NCBI RefSeq assembly: GCF_001194135.2 | Contig: NC_068996.1 | Coordinates: 13,583,134-13,647,133, forward strand | Source: Octopus bimaculoides | Lineage: Eukaryota | Direction: 5' to 3' | DNA length: 64,000 nucleotides | Program-made: the position numbers and the translations under genes | Part shown: piece by piece, positions 1 to 13,708 of the stretch | How the letters are laid out: each line of letters starts with the position of its first letter | Position numbering within the stretch: position 1 is the stretch's first letter | Notes under the pieces: model-generated | What the model was told of the DNA's origin: nothing | Databases searched by the model: none | Seen by the model: only the letters and a program-made list of their open reading frames with translations

Positions 1-51
<51 letters not shown>

Positions 52-120
52 ATATGTGTTAATATGTGTGTGTGTGTGTGTGTGTGTGTGTTTATATGTC
101 TATACATATGTATGCCTATG
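1..120. repeat. (TA)n and (TG)n microsatellites
   Basis: Direct dinucleotide runs. Similar compound TA/TG/CA/GA/GATA runs recur throughout the window, and most N-gaps are flanked by them. Confidence 0.95.
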
Positions 121-806
121 ATGTGCATATAAATCTGTGTATATGTATGGGTGTATGTATGTATATATCTATCTGTCTGTCTCTGCCTCTTCTTCGTTTA
201 CTCTCTCTCACTATTCACACGTGACCATTCTCCATCTTTCTTTTCCTCACGTGATCATCTTTCTTTTCCTTCAGTCTGTCGCACACACTGGACATATTCC
301 TATCTGTCTTCTCTTCTATCTTTTCTCTTGTTAAAGAAAATTTCTCCAGCGTTTGCTACCTCACCTCGTCTGGCCTAACGGCAATTTATGTTTTGTTTTC
401 GTTTGGTTTGTTGTACGTCTCCACTGTCCTGTTTTTGTTATCATCTTCTACCCTCTGCAAATTCCAAATTTAATTTTGGTTCGCAGGAGCAACTGTTTTT
501 CGAAACTTCATATTGTCGTTAATTCCTCGAAATGTGGAATAGATCAACAGCTGACAACTGATAAAGGGTCACTCTTTATGTTACTTGTCTTGTTTTCGAT
601 TTCTTTCTCTCGTTGATCGCATACCCACGTTTGTCTTCGTATTTCATGTTTACATATTTTGTAATTCATGTTGTTTACGTTTTATGATATTCTGTACCCA
701 TATATGCATATATCTATACATATATGCATATATATACATATATGTATGCATATATGCATATATATATATATATATATATATANNNNNNNNNNNNNNNNNN
801 NNNNNN

Positions 807-1333
807 TACTATATAGGGGGACTAAATAAGTCAAAACTACCAAAAAATATATATTTATGGAAAAAAACGATGGGTTTTTTTCCTTATGGGGTTTTTTTCA
901 CGCTGATTACTTGATAAATTCTTATAAAGATCTTATCCTATATTATATTATAAATAATTAGAATATATTCAGTGCTGAATATTATTCTGTAAAAGCACGT
1001 GTTACCGAGATGCAACTGGATAAAGCCAGCCACTTTCACGGATATATAAGGATGAACAGAAGTCATCGTACTTTGTTGGGTGCATCGGAGTATGTTGATT
1101 TTTGTTTTTTTTTATGTGTCTCGACCATACGTGCACTGATGAATAAAAGATGCAGCTTACTACATTGCTGCATTAATTATGAATCCAGTGGTTTGCCGTT
1201 AAGCTAAATGTTTTTAGGAGGTTAATTTTTGAAAGTTGCATTCCCTCGCTTTCGTTAAATATGTGCTTATTGTTTGGTTGTTTTGACTTATTTAGTCCCT
1301 CTAAGCGTGGGGCATTACTATATAATAATGCCC
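807..1333. mobile_element. Non-autonomous DNA element with 29-bp inverted repeats and a 3' hairpin (Helentron/Helitron2-like or MITE)
   Basis: 816-844 GGGGGACTAAATAAGTCAAAACTACCAAA is the reverse complement of 1273-1301 with 2 mismatches. Hairpin GGGCATTA-CTATATAA-TAATGCCC at 1310-1333. Confidence 0.55.
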
Positions 1334-1449
1334 TTATATAAATTATATATATTTATGGAAAAAAACGATGGGTTTTTTTTCCTTATGAGGTTTTTTCACG
1401 CTGACTACTTGATAAATTCTTATAAAGATTTTATCCTATATTATATTAT

Positions 1450-1450
<1 letters not shown>
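847..1450 (+). repeat. ~105-bp direct repeat (847-950 and 1345-1450)
   Basis: ATATATATTTATGGAAAAAAACGATGGG...TTATCCTATATTATATT occurs twice with only a few substitutions. Confidence 0.9.
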
Positions 1451-1530
<80 letters not shown>

Positions 1531-1536
1531 GTGTGC

Positions 1537-1568
<32 letters not shown>

Positions 1569-1892
1569 ATATACTTGAATATGTATAAAGAGTAGCAAAT
1601 CTTTACAAATTTCACTACCAGTGATCTAGCATGTATAAAAAGTCAATAGACGACACATTCAATATAAAATACAATATAAAACCAATATAAAACCAATATA
1701 AAAATAAGATAAAAGTTAAAATGTTTTCTTTCCCTTTGAAATTGCTTAAGTTTTTATGGTTTTCGGTCGTTTTTGACTGTCTTCTAACATGTAGAAATTG
1801 CCTGTTATAGGTAATTTCTCTCATATTTTATAATATATATATATATTATTTATATTATAATATGATTGATCGCCTCGGATCCTATCTTATAT

Positions 1893-1943
<51 letters not shown>

Positions 1944-2339
1944 GAGAGAGAGAGAGAGAGTGAGAGAGAAATATAATTCTTTTCACTTTCTCCAGCCCAT
2001 CTATCCTGGTTACTAAATATAGATGAACAATTCATTCGAATGTAAATTTTGTATTATTTGATTCTGTCTGAGGAATATCTAAAAGGAAATTTCTTTACAA
2101 ATGAAATATATGTAATGATAAATAAATTATAACAAAAATATATCCAACTTCTTACTTTGTTTTATATATATATATACCCACACACACACACATACACATG
2201 AACACACATTTCTCGTATGAGGAGGCTCAGTAAAACTTTAATGGGGATATCTTAAGTGTTTAGTTTAACTGGGAACCTAGTGCAAAAAGGGAAACCATGG
2301 TAGACCCCCAATCTGAGATTCTTATGTGGTGGTAACACA

Positions 2340-2690
2340 ATATGTTCCCTTAACATCCACTGTAACACGGAAACAGTTGTATATGAGACAGATGTAACAA
2401 ACAAATGTGCGGAAGGATGCAGGAGCGACAGAAAGTCTGTTTATGATCAAATTCAATAATCATAAGCCGTTTTTCAATATCCCGAAGAGACGAAATGTCA
2501 CAGCCTTGGCCAGGAACGTATGGACTTCAAACGAAAGTGTCACAGAGTACAGCATAAACAAGAGAAGTGGCTTTTTTTAATAGTTGTAGAAAATGCTTAG
2601 CAGAGAAAATAACTGTTATAAAAGCATAAAAGCTCTCAGCACACACATACCTATCTAAACTGCAGAAATGAGGTTGTTAGCATTTGCCCA
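2340..2690 (+). mobile_element. Penelope-like element remnant, GIY-YIG endonuclease region
   Basis: Frameshifted translation CSLNIHCNTETVVYETDVT / AGATESLFMIKFNNHKPFFNIPKRRNVTALARNVW / CRKCLAEKITVI matches the PLE pattern CPLxGxC..VIY..YIGxTE..FKxRxNNH..T.L...W..CxLCLxEK. Confidence 0.7.
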
Positions 2691-3839
2691 CATGAAACAG
2701 GGCATACTTTATAGTACCTACAAACCCCGTTATGACCATGAGCAGTTCTCCACCTTTGCCTCTTTCGCTAACTTTTCCTGAGAACTCAGCAGAATTTAAC
2801 CAAAACATAGACAAAAGAGCATACAAACAAATATGCGCCCTAGCATGGGCTTAACTGTTCGGATACCCGCCCACCACTCCCTTCCCCCAAAAAAACTTAT
2901 GCATATAATCCTTCTAGACCCTAGACATATGAAAACCCTTGTAGACTTACATCTCAGAAACCTTTGGGAGCATAGATATAACCCTCCTTTAGTTCGCTTT
3001 TTTTTTTCACCGTACCCACAAAACAGATGTTTTTCACCTCTAATAACGGAGATTTGTCACTATGTTTTTTTCCATACCTGCTAACTCTGACGAACACACT
3101 GTATTGAGTAACCGCGCTGTTATCCAACATCCGGTGTAATACCCAGGGCACAACCGTTTGGTAAAATCATCCATAATGGATATATATTACTGCACAGTCT
3201 GATTAATACATTCCATTTATTGACAAATATACGAGTGCATACTTATTTTCACTTATGGATTTATTTGGTGACTATATATATATATGTATGTATAAACGTA
3301 TTCACGTATGCATGCATGCATATAAAAATATATCTTTATATGTGTTGGTGTGTATACATACACATTCACGTATATGTACGAGTATCTGGAAAAAAAATTA
3401 TAATTACGCCCGGAGTCATTTAATTTTTCTATATCTTTCTCAAACGGTTTTAAAACCGTTTTCACAAATTTGTAAAAATCAAGAATAAAGTACAGCAAAT
3501 AATTCGAATTATATGCATGTATACTTAGTTGCATATGGGGAAATGTGCAAATAACGGTACAGTACTTAATCTGTAAATGAAGAACTATGATACACTAGTC
3601 AACATATATACATACTCTACACACACAAACCGTGTGTGTATAGTATGTGTATAGAGTGTGTATAGTATGTGTATATTATGTGTATATAGTGTGTATAGTA
3701 CGTGTCTCTACACAAGCACTTACTTTTGCACACACATACACACACACATTTATAATGATTTCTACATGTGTACATGCTGAATATATGCATCCAATTTTCT
3801 CTCTCCCTCACTTTCTTTATATGTGTGTCTGTGTATACC

Positions 3840-3878
<39 letters not shown>

Positions 3879-4723
3879 NNNNNNNNNNNNNNNNNNNNNN
3901 NNNNNNNNNNNNNNNNNNNNNNNNNNNNNNNNNNNNNNNNNNNNNNNNNNNNNNNNNNNNNNNNNNNNNNNNNNNNNNNNNNNNNNNNNNNNNNNNNNNN
4001 NNNNNNNNNNNNNNNNNNNNNNNNNNNNNNNNNNNNNNNNNNNNNNNNNNNNNNNNNNNNNNNNNNNNNNNNNNNNNNNNNNNNNNNNNNNNNNNNNNNN
4101 NNNNNNNNNNNNNNNNNNNNNNNNNNNNNNNNNNNNNNNNNNNNNNNNNNNNNNNNNNNNNNNNNNNNNNNNNNNNNNNNNNNNNNNNNNNNNNNNNNNN
4201 NNNNNNNNNNNNNNNNNNNNNNNNNNNNNNNNNNNNNNNNNNNNNNNNNNNNNNNNNNNNNNNNNNNNNNNNNNNNNNNNNNNNNNNNNNNNNNNNNNNN
4301 NNNNNNNNNNNNNNNNNNNNNNNNNNNNNNNNNNNNNNNNNNNNNNNNNNNNNNNNNNNNNNNNNNNNNNNNNNNNNNNNNNNNNNNNNNNNNNNNNNNN
4401 NNNNNNNNNNNNNNNNNNNNNNNNNNNNNNNNNNNNNNNNNNNNNNNNNNNNNNNNNNNNNNNNNNNNNNNNNNNNNNNNNNNNNNNNNNNNNNNNNNNN
4501 NNNNNNNNNNNNNNNNNNNNNNNNNNNNNNNNNNNNNNNNNNNNNNNNNNNNNNNNNNNNNNNNNNNNNNNNNNNNNNNNNNNNNNNNNNNNNNNNNNNN
4601 NNNNNNNNNNNNNNNNNNNNNNNNNNNNNNNNNNNNNNNNNNNNNNNNNNNNNNNNNNNNNNNNNNNNNNNNNNNNNNNNNNNNNNNNNNNNNNNNNNNN
4701 NNNNNNNNNNNNNNNNNNNNNNN

Positions 4724-4756
<33 letters not shown>

Positions 4757-5907
4757 ATACATATACGTATATATATTTGTGTGTGCATATGTGCATGTTA
4801 GGTATGTGTCTATGAAATATATATATCGGAACAAAAACAAACTTGAACTTATAAGCTATGTTAATATGCATCTACGTATATACGCACGTATGTAAATATC
4901 TACGTATATTTGCCCGTGTATATATATACGTATTTATACATGTATGTGTGTGTACATATTATACGTGTGTATGTGTGTGTGCGTATAATATATTTGCCTA
5001 TTTGTGTGTATATAAATATATATTTAAATACACGCACACACACACAGAGACACACAAACACACACAGATATATATTTCCATGTGTGTTTATATATATATA
5101 TATATGTATATATATTTATATATATATGTATATATATATANNNNNNNNNNNNNNNNNNNNNNNNNNNNNNNNNNNNNNNNNNNNNNNNNNNNNNNNNNNN
5201 NNNNNNNNNNNNNNNNNNNNNNNNNNNNNNNNNNNNNNNNNNNNNNNNNNNNNNNNNNNNNNNNNNNNNNNNNNNNNNNNNNNNNNNNNNNNNNNNNNNN
5301 NNNNNNNNNNNNNNNNNNNNNNNNNNNNNNNNNNNNNNNNNNNNNNNNNNNNNNNNNNNNNNNNNNNNNNNNNNNNNNNNNNNNNNNNNNNNNNNNNNNN
5401 NNNNNNNNNNNNNNNNNNNNNNNNNNNNNNNNNNNNNNNNNNNNNNNNNNNNNNNNNNNNNNNNNNNNNNNNNNNNNNNNNNNNNNNNNNNNNNNNNNNN
5501 NNNNNNNNNNNNNNNNNNNNNNNNNNNNNNNNNNNNNNNNNNNNNNNNNNNNNNNNNNNNNNNNNNNNNNNNNNNNNNNNNNNNNNNNNNNNNNNNNNNN
5601 NNNNNNNNNNNNNNNNNNNNNNNNNNNNNNNNNNNNNNNNNNNNNNNNNNNNNNNNNNNNNNNNNNNNNNNNNNNNNNNNNNNNNNNNNNNNNNNNNNNN
5701 NNNNNNNNNNNNNNNNNNNNNNNNNNNNNNNNNNNNNNNNNNNNNNNNNNNNNNNNNNNNNNNNNNNNNNNNNNNNNNNNNNNNNNNNNNNNNNNNNNNN
5801 NNNNNNNNNNNNNNNNNNNNNNNNNNNNNNNNNNNNNNNNNNNNNNNNNNNNNNNNNNNNNNNNNNNNNNNNNNNNNNNNNNNNNNNNNNNNNNNNNNNN
5901 NNNNNNN

Positions 5908-6270
5908 TACCATCACCACCACCACCATCACCACTACCACTACCACTACCATCACCACCACCACCACCACCACCACCACTACCACCACCGCACACAACAA
6001 CACCACCGCCAATAACAACACCAGCACAAGCAAACAAAACACTGAAACATCGCTATCACTAACAGCACCAATACTGTATCCCTAGCAACAACAACACATC
6101 ATCATCACCATCATCATAATCATCATCATCGTCGTCGCTGTCGTCGTCATCAACATCGTCATCATCATCACCATAACCATAGTCATCATCATCACCATCA
6201 TTATCATCATCATCATCGTCGTCATCGTCGTCATCACCACCACCACCACCACCACCACCACAAACGCAAC
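5908..6270. repeat. (CAC/CAT/CAA)n low-complexity triplet tract
   Basis: Direct sequence. Confidence 0.9.
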
Positions 6271-6325
6271 AATAGCAAAATAAAACCGAGGTGAACGCTC
6301 TACAAGAATAAACCTTTTCTTCCAG

Positions 6326-6456
6326 ATAATTCTTTGTGGAAAGACAACACAGACTTGGCAGAATTAGCGATAGCTTTTACACTATACTTGTCAAAATATG
6401 TAACAAATATCATAGGAGACGACGTCAATAAATTCCTAAAGAAAAACCACTTTTAA
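6326..6456 (+). CDS. Candidate terminal coding exon (unidentified): (D)NSLWKDNTDLAELAIAFTLYLSKYVTNIIGDDVNKFLKKNHF*
   Basis: Acceptor ccttttcttccag, 42 open codons to TAA, AATAAA at 6500-6505. No homology recognised, and it conflicts with a minus-strand exon model at the same site. Confidence 0.25.
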
Positions 6457-6560
6457 TTAACTGCTAGAGTTCATTGTCCATTGGTAACTAGAATACTAGA
6501 ATAAAATAAGTATCACTATATTTAGTAAACAATTTGCATATCTATCTATCTATCTATCTA

Positions 6561-6794
6561 TCTTATTTCTTTATTGCCCACAAGGGGCTAAACATAGAGG
6601 GGACAAACAAGGACAGAAAAAGGGATTAAGTGGATTATATCGACCCCAGTGCCCAACTGGTACTTAATTTATCGACCCCGAAAGGATAAAAGCCGAAGTC
6701 GACCTCGGCGGAATTTGAACTCAGAACGTAGCGGCAGACGAAATACCGCCAAGCATTTCGCCCGGTGTGCTAAAGTATCTGCCAGTTCGCTGCC
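6561..6794 (-). mobile_element. tRNA-derived SINE, family A
   Basis: The reverse complement starts GGCAGCGAACTGGCAGA, has a B-box-like GTTCTGAGTTCAAATTCCGCC, then the body GTCGATAAATTAAGTACCAGTTGGGCAC and an A-rich tail. Homologous copies at 17.5, 24.0 and 28.0 kb. Confidence 0.85.
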
Positions 6795-6836
6795 TATCTA
6801 TCTACATATCTATCTATCTATCTATCTATCTATCTC

Positions 6837-6899
<63 letters not shown>

Positions 6900-6900
6900 C
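6795..6900. repeat. (TATC)n microsatellite
   Basis: Direct sequence. Confidence 0.95.
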
Positions 6901-7231
6901 TTTTGCTGTTGCTCGCGTCGTCACACATATATTTTGTCGTGTTTGCTTATGTATATCTGTATATATATTTTTGTCAGAAAAAACATCTGCCTGGCCTTGA
7001 GCGATGCTCGACCAAAAATTTCCTCTTTCAGGGCGAATTTTCACATTGCAAAATCTTATCTCGGAAATATTTTCATCTGCCTGGAAAATAGACATGGACA
7101 GTTCACTTAACAGTGGCAGCGTTCCGGCGTTCCAGTTAGAAATGGAATCCCTCCATTACCATCATCGAACACGTCGGACAAAAAAAAAAAAAGACATTGA
7201 TGCACTCACACACACACACACACATACATAC

Positions 7232-10200
7232 ATTTGAACAATAATACGTATACGCTTTCCCTTCGAATAAGTGAAAATGGCAGACAGAGCGATGAACGGT
7301 GCAACCACCTGTGTTACTACCACTGTTACAAAAACCACTACCACCAGCAGCAATACAATTGACAAACCAAATAACTTTGCAGCTATTTTAAAACAAAAAA
7401 GAGTGTTAACGTCCTTCTCAACAGAACTAATACAGTGCAAAATATTATTGAACAAAGAAATAGGGTTATAAACCTCAACACCCCACAAAGCATTTTGCAG
7501 GACGTTTCTAAAAACAAAAAATAATATATAAAACCCTGAACATAACGATTAAAAAGCTAGAACAAGCCACTCAACAAACAGTTGAGAAATGTCTACGGCC
7601 AATATGAGCTTATAAAGCATATACCACAAGGGGCAAAAAATTTTCCATGATTGAGGTAAGATTTGACACGGAGGAACGCACGAAAGATTTCTCAACGAAA
7701 TCCCTCGAATGCTAGGACTTGATAATGATTCCCACTTACCTCGGTCGTCGGGTGACGAAGGTGAGAATCAAAGATGTGCCCCCTGAAATACAAATAAGAT
7801 GGCTGGTGTCAGCCGTCTGTTACGATTTCGAAGAAAATTTAAGCATATTAGAAGTTACTGTCCCGAAACAGCAAAACTGGGTTGCACAAGGGGTTGAGCT
7901 ATAAATCCAGGCAAATTAAGGGGCAATAGAAAATCTCCCAGATTTGATAAAGCTACTGGATGGCTCGACGCAACATGTCACAGTTGAAGGCCTAAGGCCA
8001 CGTTGCTGCCTTTGTGGTAGTAAATACCATTTAAAAATAGACTGCAAATTGTCAGAACAACAACAAAACAAGAATAGCAACACCAAAAAGAACAACAAAA
8101 CCAGAGTCCCAAGGGCAAACCAGCACTGTTACCAACACCACCATCAGCACAAAAAATGAAGCAGCTCCACGAATAGATGAAAGAACTCCACAAAACAACC
8201 AACTAACTCAGCAAACCCAAGCAGCCAACACCACCAACAACGGAAGCAACACCATCACCACCACTAACAATAACAGCCACAGAAGTACCGAAACCTGAAA
8301 AGAAAAAAAGACCAACCCCTTATCCCCATACATCACATCAAAAAAGCCACCAACCAACTCTAACAACAGCATCAACATCAACACACTATCATATCGACCC
8401 CAATAACATTCCCCATCCATTTTTTATTCGTCCGACATGTCGTCTAATGAGGGCGACATGGAACAATGACAAATAGCCACAGCGGGGAAGAGAAAAGGGG
8501 TAAAAAAAGAACAACCACACAATCAAACAAGGCAGGGAGATTCACAACTCTTAACAACAAAACTCCCATACGTAACAACAGCGCCAACACTACAAACACA
8601 CTAACACCAACTATGTTAACAGCCAACAACAATTTGAATCTGGTGCAATACATTAGGCCAAACACTGACATGACACAAGACAATGTTAAAACAAACAATC
8701 ACCCACACGCAACACCACAACACATAAAAATCCTGCACATGACGCAAAACACGCACAATACACTGAAACCTCTCTACCCTTCGCACCCAACACCAGAGCT
8801 GAATACACCGCCGAAAGTGGGGGGGGGGCACGTCAAAACGGTAGAGGAGTAGGGGCCGAAGCCGGACGTGGTTCCTCCTGATGATGTCTTGAGCTAACTG
8901 GATCCTATAAAGGAGCTGTTGTGGTAGCAGACCACGAAACATGGTTGAAATTCCTCCTATAAAAACCTCTTGACAGAAACTTCTAAGGAGGAAAGCAAGC
9001 AATTTTCGAACAGTAAGTGATTCTCTCTCTCTCCTTTTTCTTTTTCTCCTTGTGTGTAAAACACAAGTTTCGTTAGGGTAATGCTCAAAATAGGTAGTGT
9101 AAATATACGTGGCTTGGCGTCGCCTTCGAAACAAGGTTACCTCTGAAATGACATCAAGTCACAAAACGTAGATACATGTATCAGCGAAACTAGACTCTCC
9201 AATCCACGAACCCTCCAGCCCATGTTTGGCAGACAATTCGATATTTATTTTTCCCCGTGTCTGCCGAGAATGGGCGGTGGCGGTACTGTGGTGATTTTTC
9301 GAATGAATCTGGATCTAAAAGTAAGGGCAGCATACCTAGACCCGGAGGGCAGGGTGGTCGTCTTGGATGTCGATTGTAGTAACAACGGCTGTGCTTTCCG
9401 ACTAATAACAATGTATGCACCTCAACAGGTCGGCCGGATTTCTTTCGACAGCTACAGATTTTTCTGGGAACGTTTCGACCTTTTAGTGGGGGATCGGAAC
9501 GCTACCTTGGACACGCATCTAGACTGTGGGTAAAGATAGGAAGAGAAAAGGATGCAAATACCTCATAGACCTGCTCAGATATTTCCAGCTGTCTGACAAG
9601 TATCGACTGGACTACCCGAATGTGCCAATGTGGACATGGACCAACCACATCGGACCAACCAGACCATATTTCGATAGAGTATTCTGAAGGACAGTGGATA
9701 GGGATAGTGTAGATTTGTCCACAACTTCACATAGTCAGCTACACAGATCACAAATTCACTTGTACGCTCGACTTAGATAGGAATCATAAGATGTACGCGT
9801 CTTTCTCGGCGCGACAGGCTTTCAGAGACCGGATTAGCACATTAGTTAAGAGGAAGTTGACGGGGGCCATCGCCAACAACAAATGGTGGTTTGCCCTAAA
9901 GAGATCAATCAAAGCAAGATCGATTAGGTATAGAAAGACTTTAGCAATAGACCGCAATAGAATAGAGGGAGACTTAGTTAAGAAATTAGAAGAGGCACTT
10001 AGAACTGGCAATGCATCCGACGTTCTGGCTGCGAGGTTAGACTTGACCAACACTTCAACGCCAAACATGAAGGTTGCGTTGTCAGAGCTAGGATGTGTGC
10101 TCTGAGAAACGAAGGAATTTCAGCCGCTCGAGAAGCCCAGGTGGCGGAGCTGGAACGTGACAAGAAAGCCATCATTCGGTCTCTGATGGATGAGCAGGGG

Positions 10201-11839
10201 CGCGAATTACTCGAGCCTGAAAGGATGCCTGAGGTCTTTCAGCAGCAATTTGTCCGAATGTTCAGGACGACTGGTGGATTAGAACGAGTATCGGTAAGAG
10301 AGGCGGAGCGTTATGAAAGACCCATCACAGCCGCGCATATACGGAATGCGATGGCAGGCTGTGCGAGAGACAACTCACTGGGCTTGGATCGTCTGCCCTA
10401 GGAGTTTTATTGTCATATGCCAGACTTGTTTGGAGAAGTCTTGGCAACAGTCTACAGTAACTGGTAGCAAAACGGGAGTATCTCCAGTTTTGTGAGCCGA
10501 GGAGCGGTGACACTGCTAAAGAAAAACCCAAACAAGGTACGTTATATCTAATTTCCAGGCCATCACTCTGCTCAATGCACAGTTAAAGAATTTGGCCAAG
10601 GTGCTAACCAAGAGGTTGGTGCGTGTCATCGAGAAACTGGCCGACAAGGCGCAAACATGCGCGGTACCGGGAAAGAGTATTCATAACAACCTCCTTCTGA
10701 TGCGCTACATTATAGACAATGTAGTTAGGGCGCTGATCAATTTGGATCGATCGAAAGCGTTCGATAGGTCGGCCATCGTAACTCGGAGGCTGTCCTTAGG
10801 GCGACTGGTTTCGGTCCCGTCTCCCACAGTTGGATCGCTGCTTTATACAGCAGCACCCGCTTGATAGTTCGCGTAAATGGTCATCTGTCCAGACCCTTTA
10901 ACATCACGTGTTCCGTCCGTCAAGGATGCCCCCTCTCGTCGCTTCTGTATGTATTAACTCTAACGCCACTACTGCGGAAGCTGCCGACGCTGAGGGGCAT
11001 CCCGCGAGAGGAGGATGTCTGCATACGCTGACAACGTCATCATCATAGTGTCGAGCTACAGGCATATCTACCTGGTCAGTGAGATACTATAAGAATACGA
11101 AGCAATAACGAGAGTGAAAATTAACCGGGAAAAGTCAGTGGGCTTGCGGCTCGGCACCTGTAGAAGCTAGCACATGCCGTCCAACAGCGTCTCTAGTGTG
11201 GGACACTTGACCGTCGGATCGGTTAAATTTCTCAGGATCTGGTTCGGTCTGGACCTCCAAATGGAGAAGAACTGGAACCAGATAACGAGGAGAGTGGCCA
11301 GTCTCACCCAGTAATGGGCCGAGAGGAAGCTATCTCTAAAAGTCGGGCTGAGGTGGCGAATACCTACATCACATCCGTCATCTACTATCGTCTGACCGCC
11401 ATGCTCTCTAGCAACTCTGCCGACGGGATAAAACTTGTGCGAAGGCATTCTATAGAAGATTAGTGGAGGAGAATTGCAATAACGTTCTTAGAGAGATCCT
11501 GGGCGTCATCGAGGAGTACCATGCCCGCCTCTTCAGGACCACTTTCGGGCCGGGACCTATGGACAATTTCCAGAGATCCCTGGCCTGGCAGTGCTATCGG
11601 AAGCATTGCCCGTTCGGGATAAGCTCTATAGGCACGGTTCTAGAAACACCGGACCGACTTGTCCAAGGTGTGAACGATACCGTTCTGCGAGCACTCGTGA
11701 AATGTCCAAATATTTCAGACCTGTGGGTTTATGTCGAACAGCTGCTGTCAGGTGTGGGACGAATTCGGTTGTTGGCCGAGACTAGCGTGAATATTGCTCC
11801 ACCACCTTCATTTAACCGGGAAGTCAAGGCAGTTTTCAT
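7232..11839 (+). mobile_element. Degraded, near-full-length Tx1/L1-clade LINE (ORF1 gag-like + ORF2 APE-RT), 3' end runs into a gap
   Basis: ORF1 from ATG 7277 carries the CCHC knuckle CCLCGSKYHLKIDC (8004-8045). ORF2 from ATG 9081 begins MLKIGSVNIRGL (APE N-terminus). RT motifs RQGCPLS (~10918) and AYADNV (~11021). Many stops and frameshifts. Confidence 0.9.
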
Positions 11840-12354
11840 NNNNNNNNNNNNNNNNNNNNNNNNNNNNNNNNNNNNNNNNNNNNNNNNNNNNNNNNNNNNN
11901 NNNNNNNNNNNNNNNNNNNNNNNNNNNNNNNNNNNNNNNNNNNNNNNNNNNNNNNNNNNNNNNNNNNNNNNNNNNNNNNNNNNNNNNNNNNNNNNNNNNN
12001 NNNNNNNNNNNNNNNNNNNNNNNNNNNNNNNNNNNNNNNNNNNNNNNNNNNNNNNNNNNNNNNNNNNNNNNNNNNNNNNNNNNNNNNNNNNNNNNNNNNN
12101 NNNNNNNNNNNNNNNNNNNNNNNNNNNNNNNNNNNNNNNNNNNNNNNNNNNNNNNNNNNNNNNNNNNNNNNNNNNNNNNNNNNNNNNNNNNNNNNNNNNN
12201 NNNNNNNNNNNNNNNNNNNNNNNNNNNNNNNNNNNNNNNNNNNNNNNNNNNNNNNNNNNNNNNNNNNNNNNNNNNNNNNNNNNNNNNNNNNNNNNNNNNN
12301 NNNNNTATATATATATATATATATATGTATGTATATATATGTATACTCTTTACT

Positions 12355-12715
12355 CTTTTACTCTTTTACTTGTTTCAGTCATTTGACTGCGACCATGCTG
12401 GAGCACCGCCTTTAGTCGAGCAAATTGACTCCAGGACTTATTCTTTGGAAGCCTAGTACTTATTCTATTGGTGTCTTTTGCCGAACTGCTAAGTTACAGG
12501 GACGTAAACACACCAGCATCAGTTGTCAAGCAATGTTGGGGTGACAAACACAGACACACAAGCACACACACATATATATATACGTATGCATATATACGAC
12601 GAGCTTCTTTCAGTTTCCGTCTACTAAGTCCACTCACAAGGCTTTGGTCAATTCGAAGCAATAGTAGAGGGCACTTGCTCAAGTTGCCATGCAGTGAGAA
12701 TGAACCCGGAACCAT
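12355..12715 (-). mobile_element. tRNA-derived SINE, family B (head partly lost)
   Basis: Reverse complement homologous to 62334-62750 (GGTTCCGGGTTCA..., GACGGAAACTGAAAGAAGC, internal TG repeat, GTAAGAATAAGTCC-type tail). Confidence 0.85.
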
Positions 12716-13540
12716 TGAAGGCGGAACCATGTATGTATCATTGTAAGTATGTATATTCAATGACACAGTATCAAGTATAAAACATTTGCAATCGGCTGGC
12801 ATTTCAAGGAATGTTGGACTGTCTTCGTCAACGTATGCAAGTTTAATGCTTATTCGTATATGACAGTGTGCAACGTTTGTAAAATGATTAAGCAAAGCGG
12901 TGCAAAAGAAATTTTACCACCGATTTTGTTTTAACATAGAAGGGGAACAATCCTTTTAGATTCAGTTATAAGATCCTGGTTTAAAATAAATGATTTATAA
13001 TATGAGTGAGGTAGATAACATTATGTTAAGCACATAAATGAATAGACTGACAAATTACAAAATTAGAAATAAAATTTAGAAAACCGGCATCAATGTTAAA
13101 ACTGTTTATTTTTACAATTTTATATTTCTTTCTTTATATTTCGTACTTTTATTTCATGTTTGTTTTGTACGATTTTACTTTCATTATTTTTTGAACTTCA
13201 TTATAATTGCGTTAATCAATCACAGTTTTTGAATGGTTTCTATATTTTTTAAATATTTTTTGTGTGAAGCTTACCAAACGTTACAATACAAACCGACACA
13301 CGAGAGCTGAACGTAAATGTGCATGAGTGGATGGGGGCATATGCTATATACGGATGTACGTACATACGCACATGCTCTTATATTTCACATATTTTACATT
13401 TCTATTTCATATTATTTTATTATGTTATACTCTCATATATTACATTTTTATAATTATAGTTAGCGTCTCCTATAACACAAACATTACAACCGAATATCAC
13501 TCATCTACATGCGCATGTCTAGGTATAGATCTGTGTATGT

Positions 13541-13571
<31 letters not shown>

Positions 13572-13612
13572 AGTGCGTACGTGTGTGCGTGTAAGATTGT
13601 ATACATATGTAC

Positions 13613-13708
<96 letters not shown>

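Noticed and set aside
3080-3125. CTGACGA...GTAAC possible hammerhead after the PLE remnant
   Set aside because: The GAAA box and stem I are missing, so it is too degenerate to support.
3442-3461. Perfect 20-bp palindrome AAACGGTTTTAAAACCGTTT
   Set aside because: Isolated and AT-rich, with no associated element ends or second copy.
3647-6085. Long ORFs of 300-390 aa in the ORF track (also 42986-44324 and 53687-54950)
   Set aside because: They consist of N-gap translations and microsatellite dipeptide repeats.
12740-12930. Open frames on both strands, including a cadherin-like VDEDSPTF
   Set aside because: No usable splice acceptor, and the motif is incomplete.
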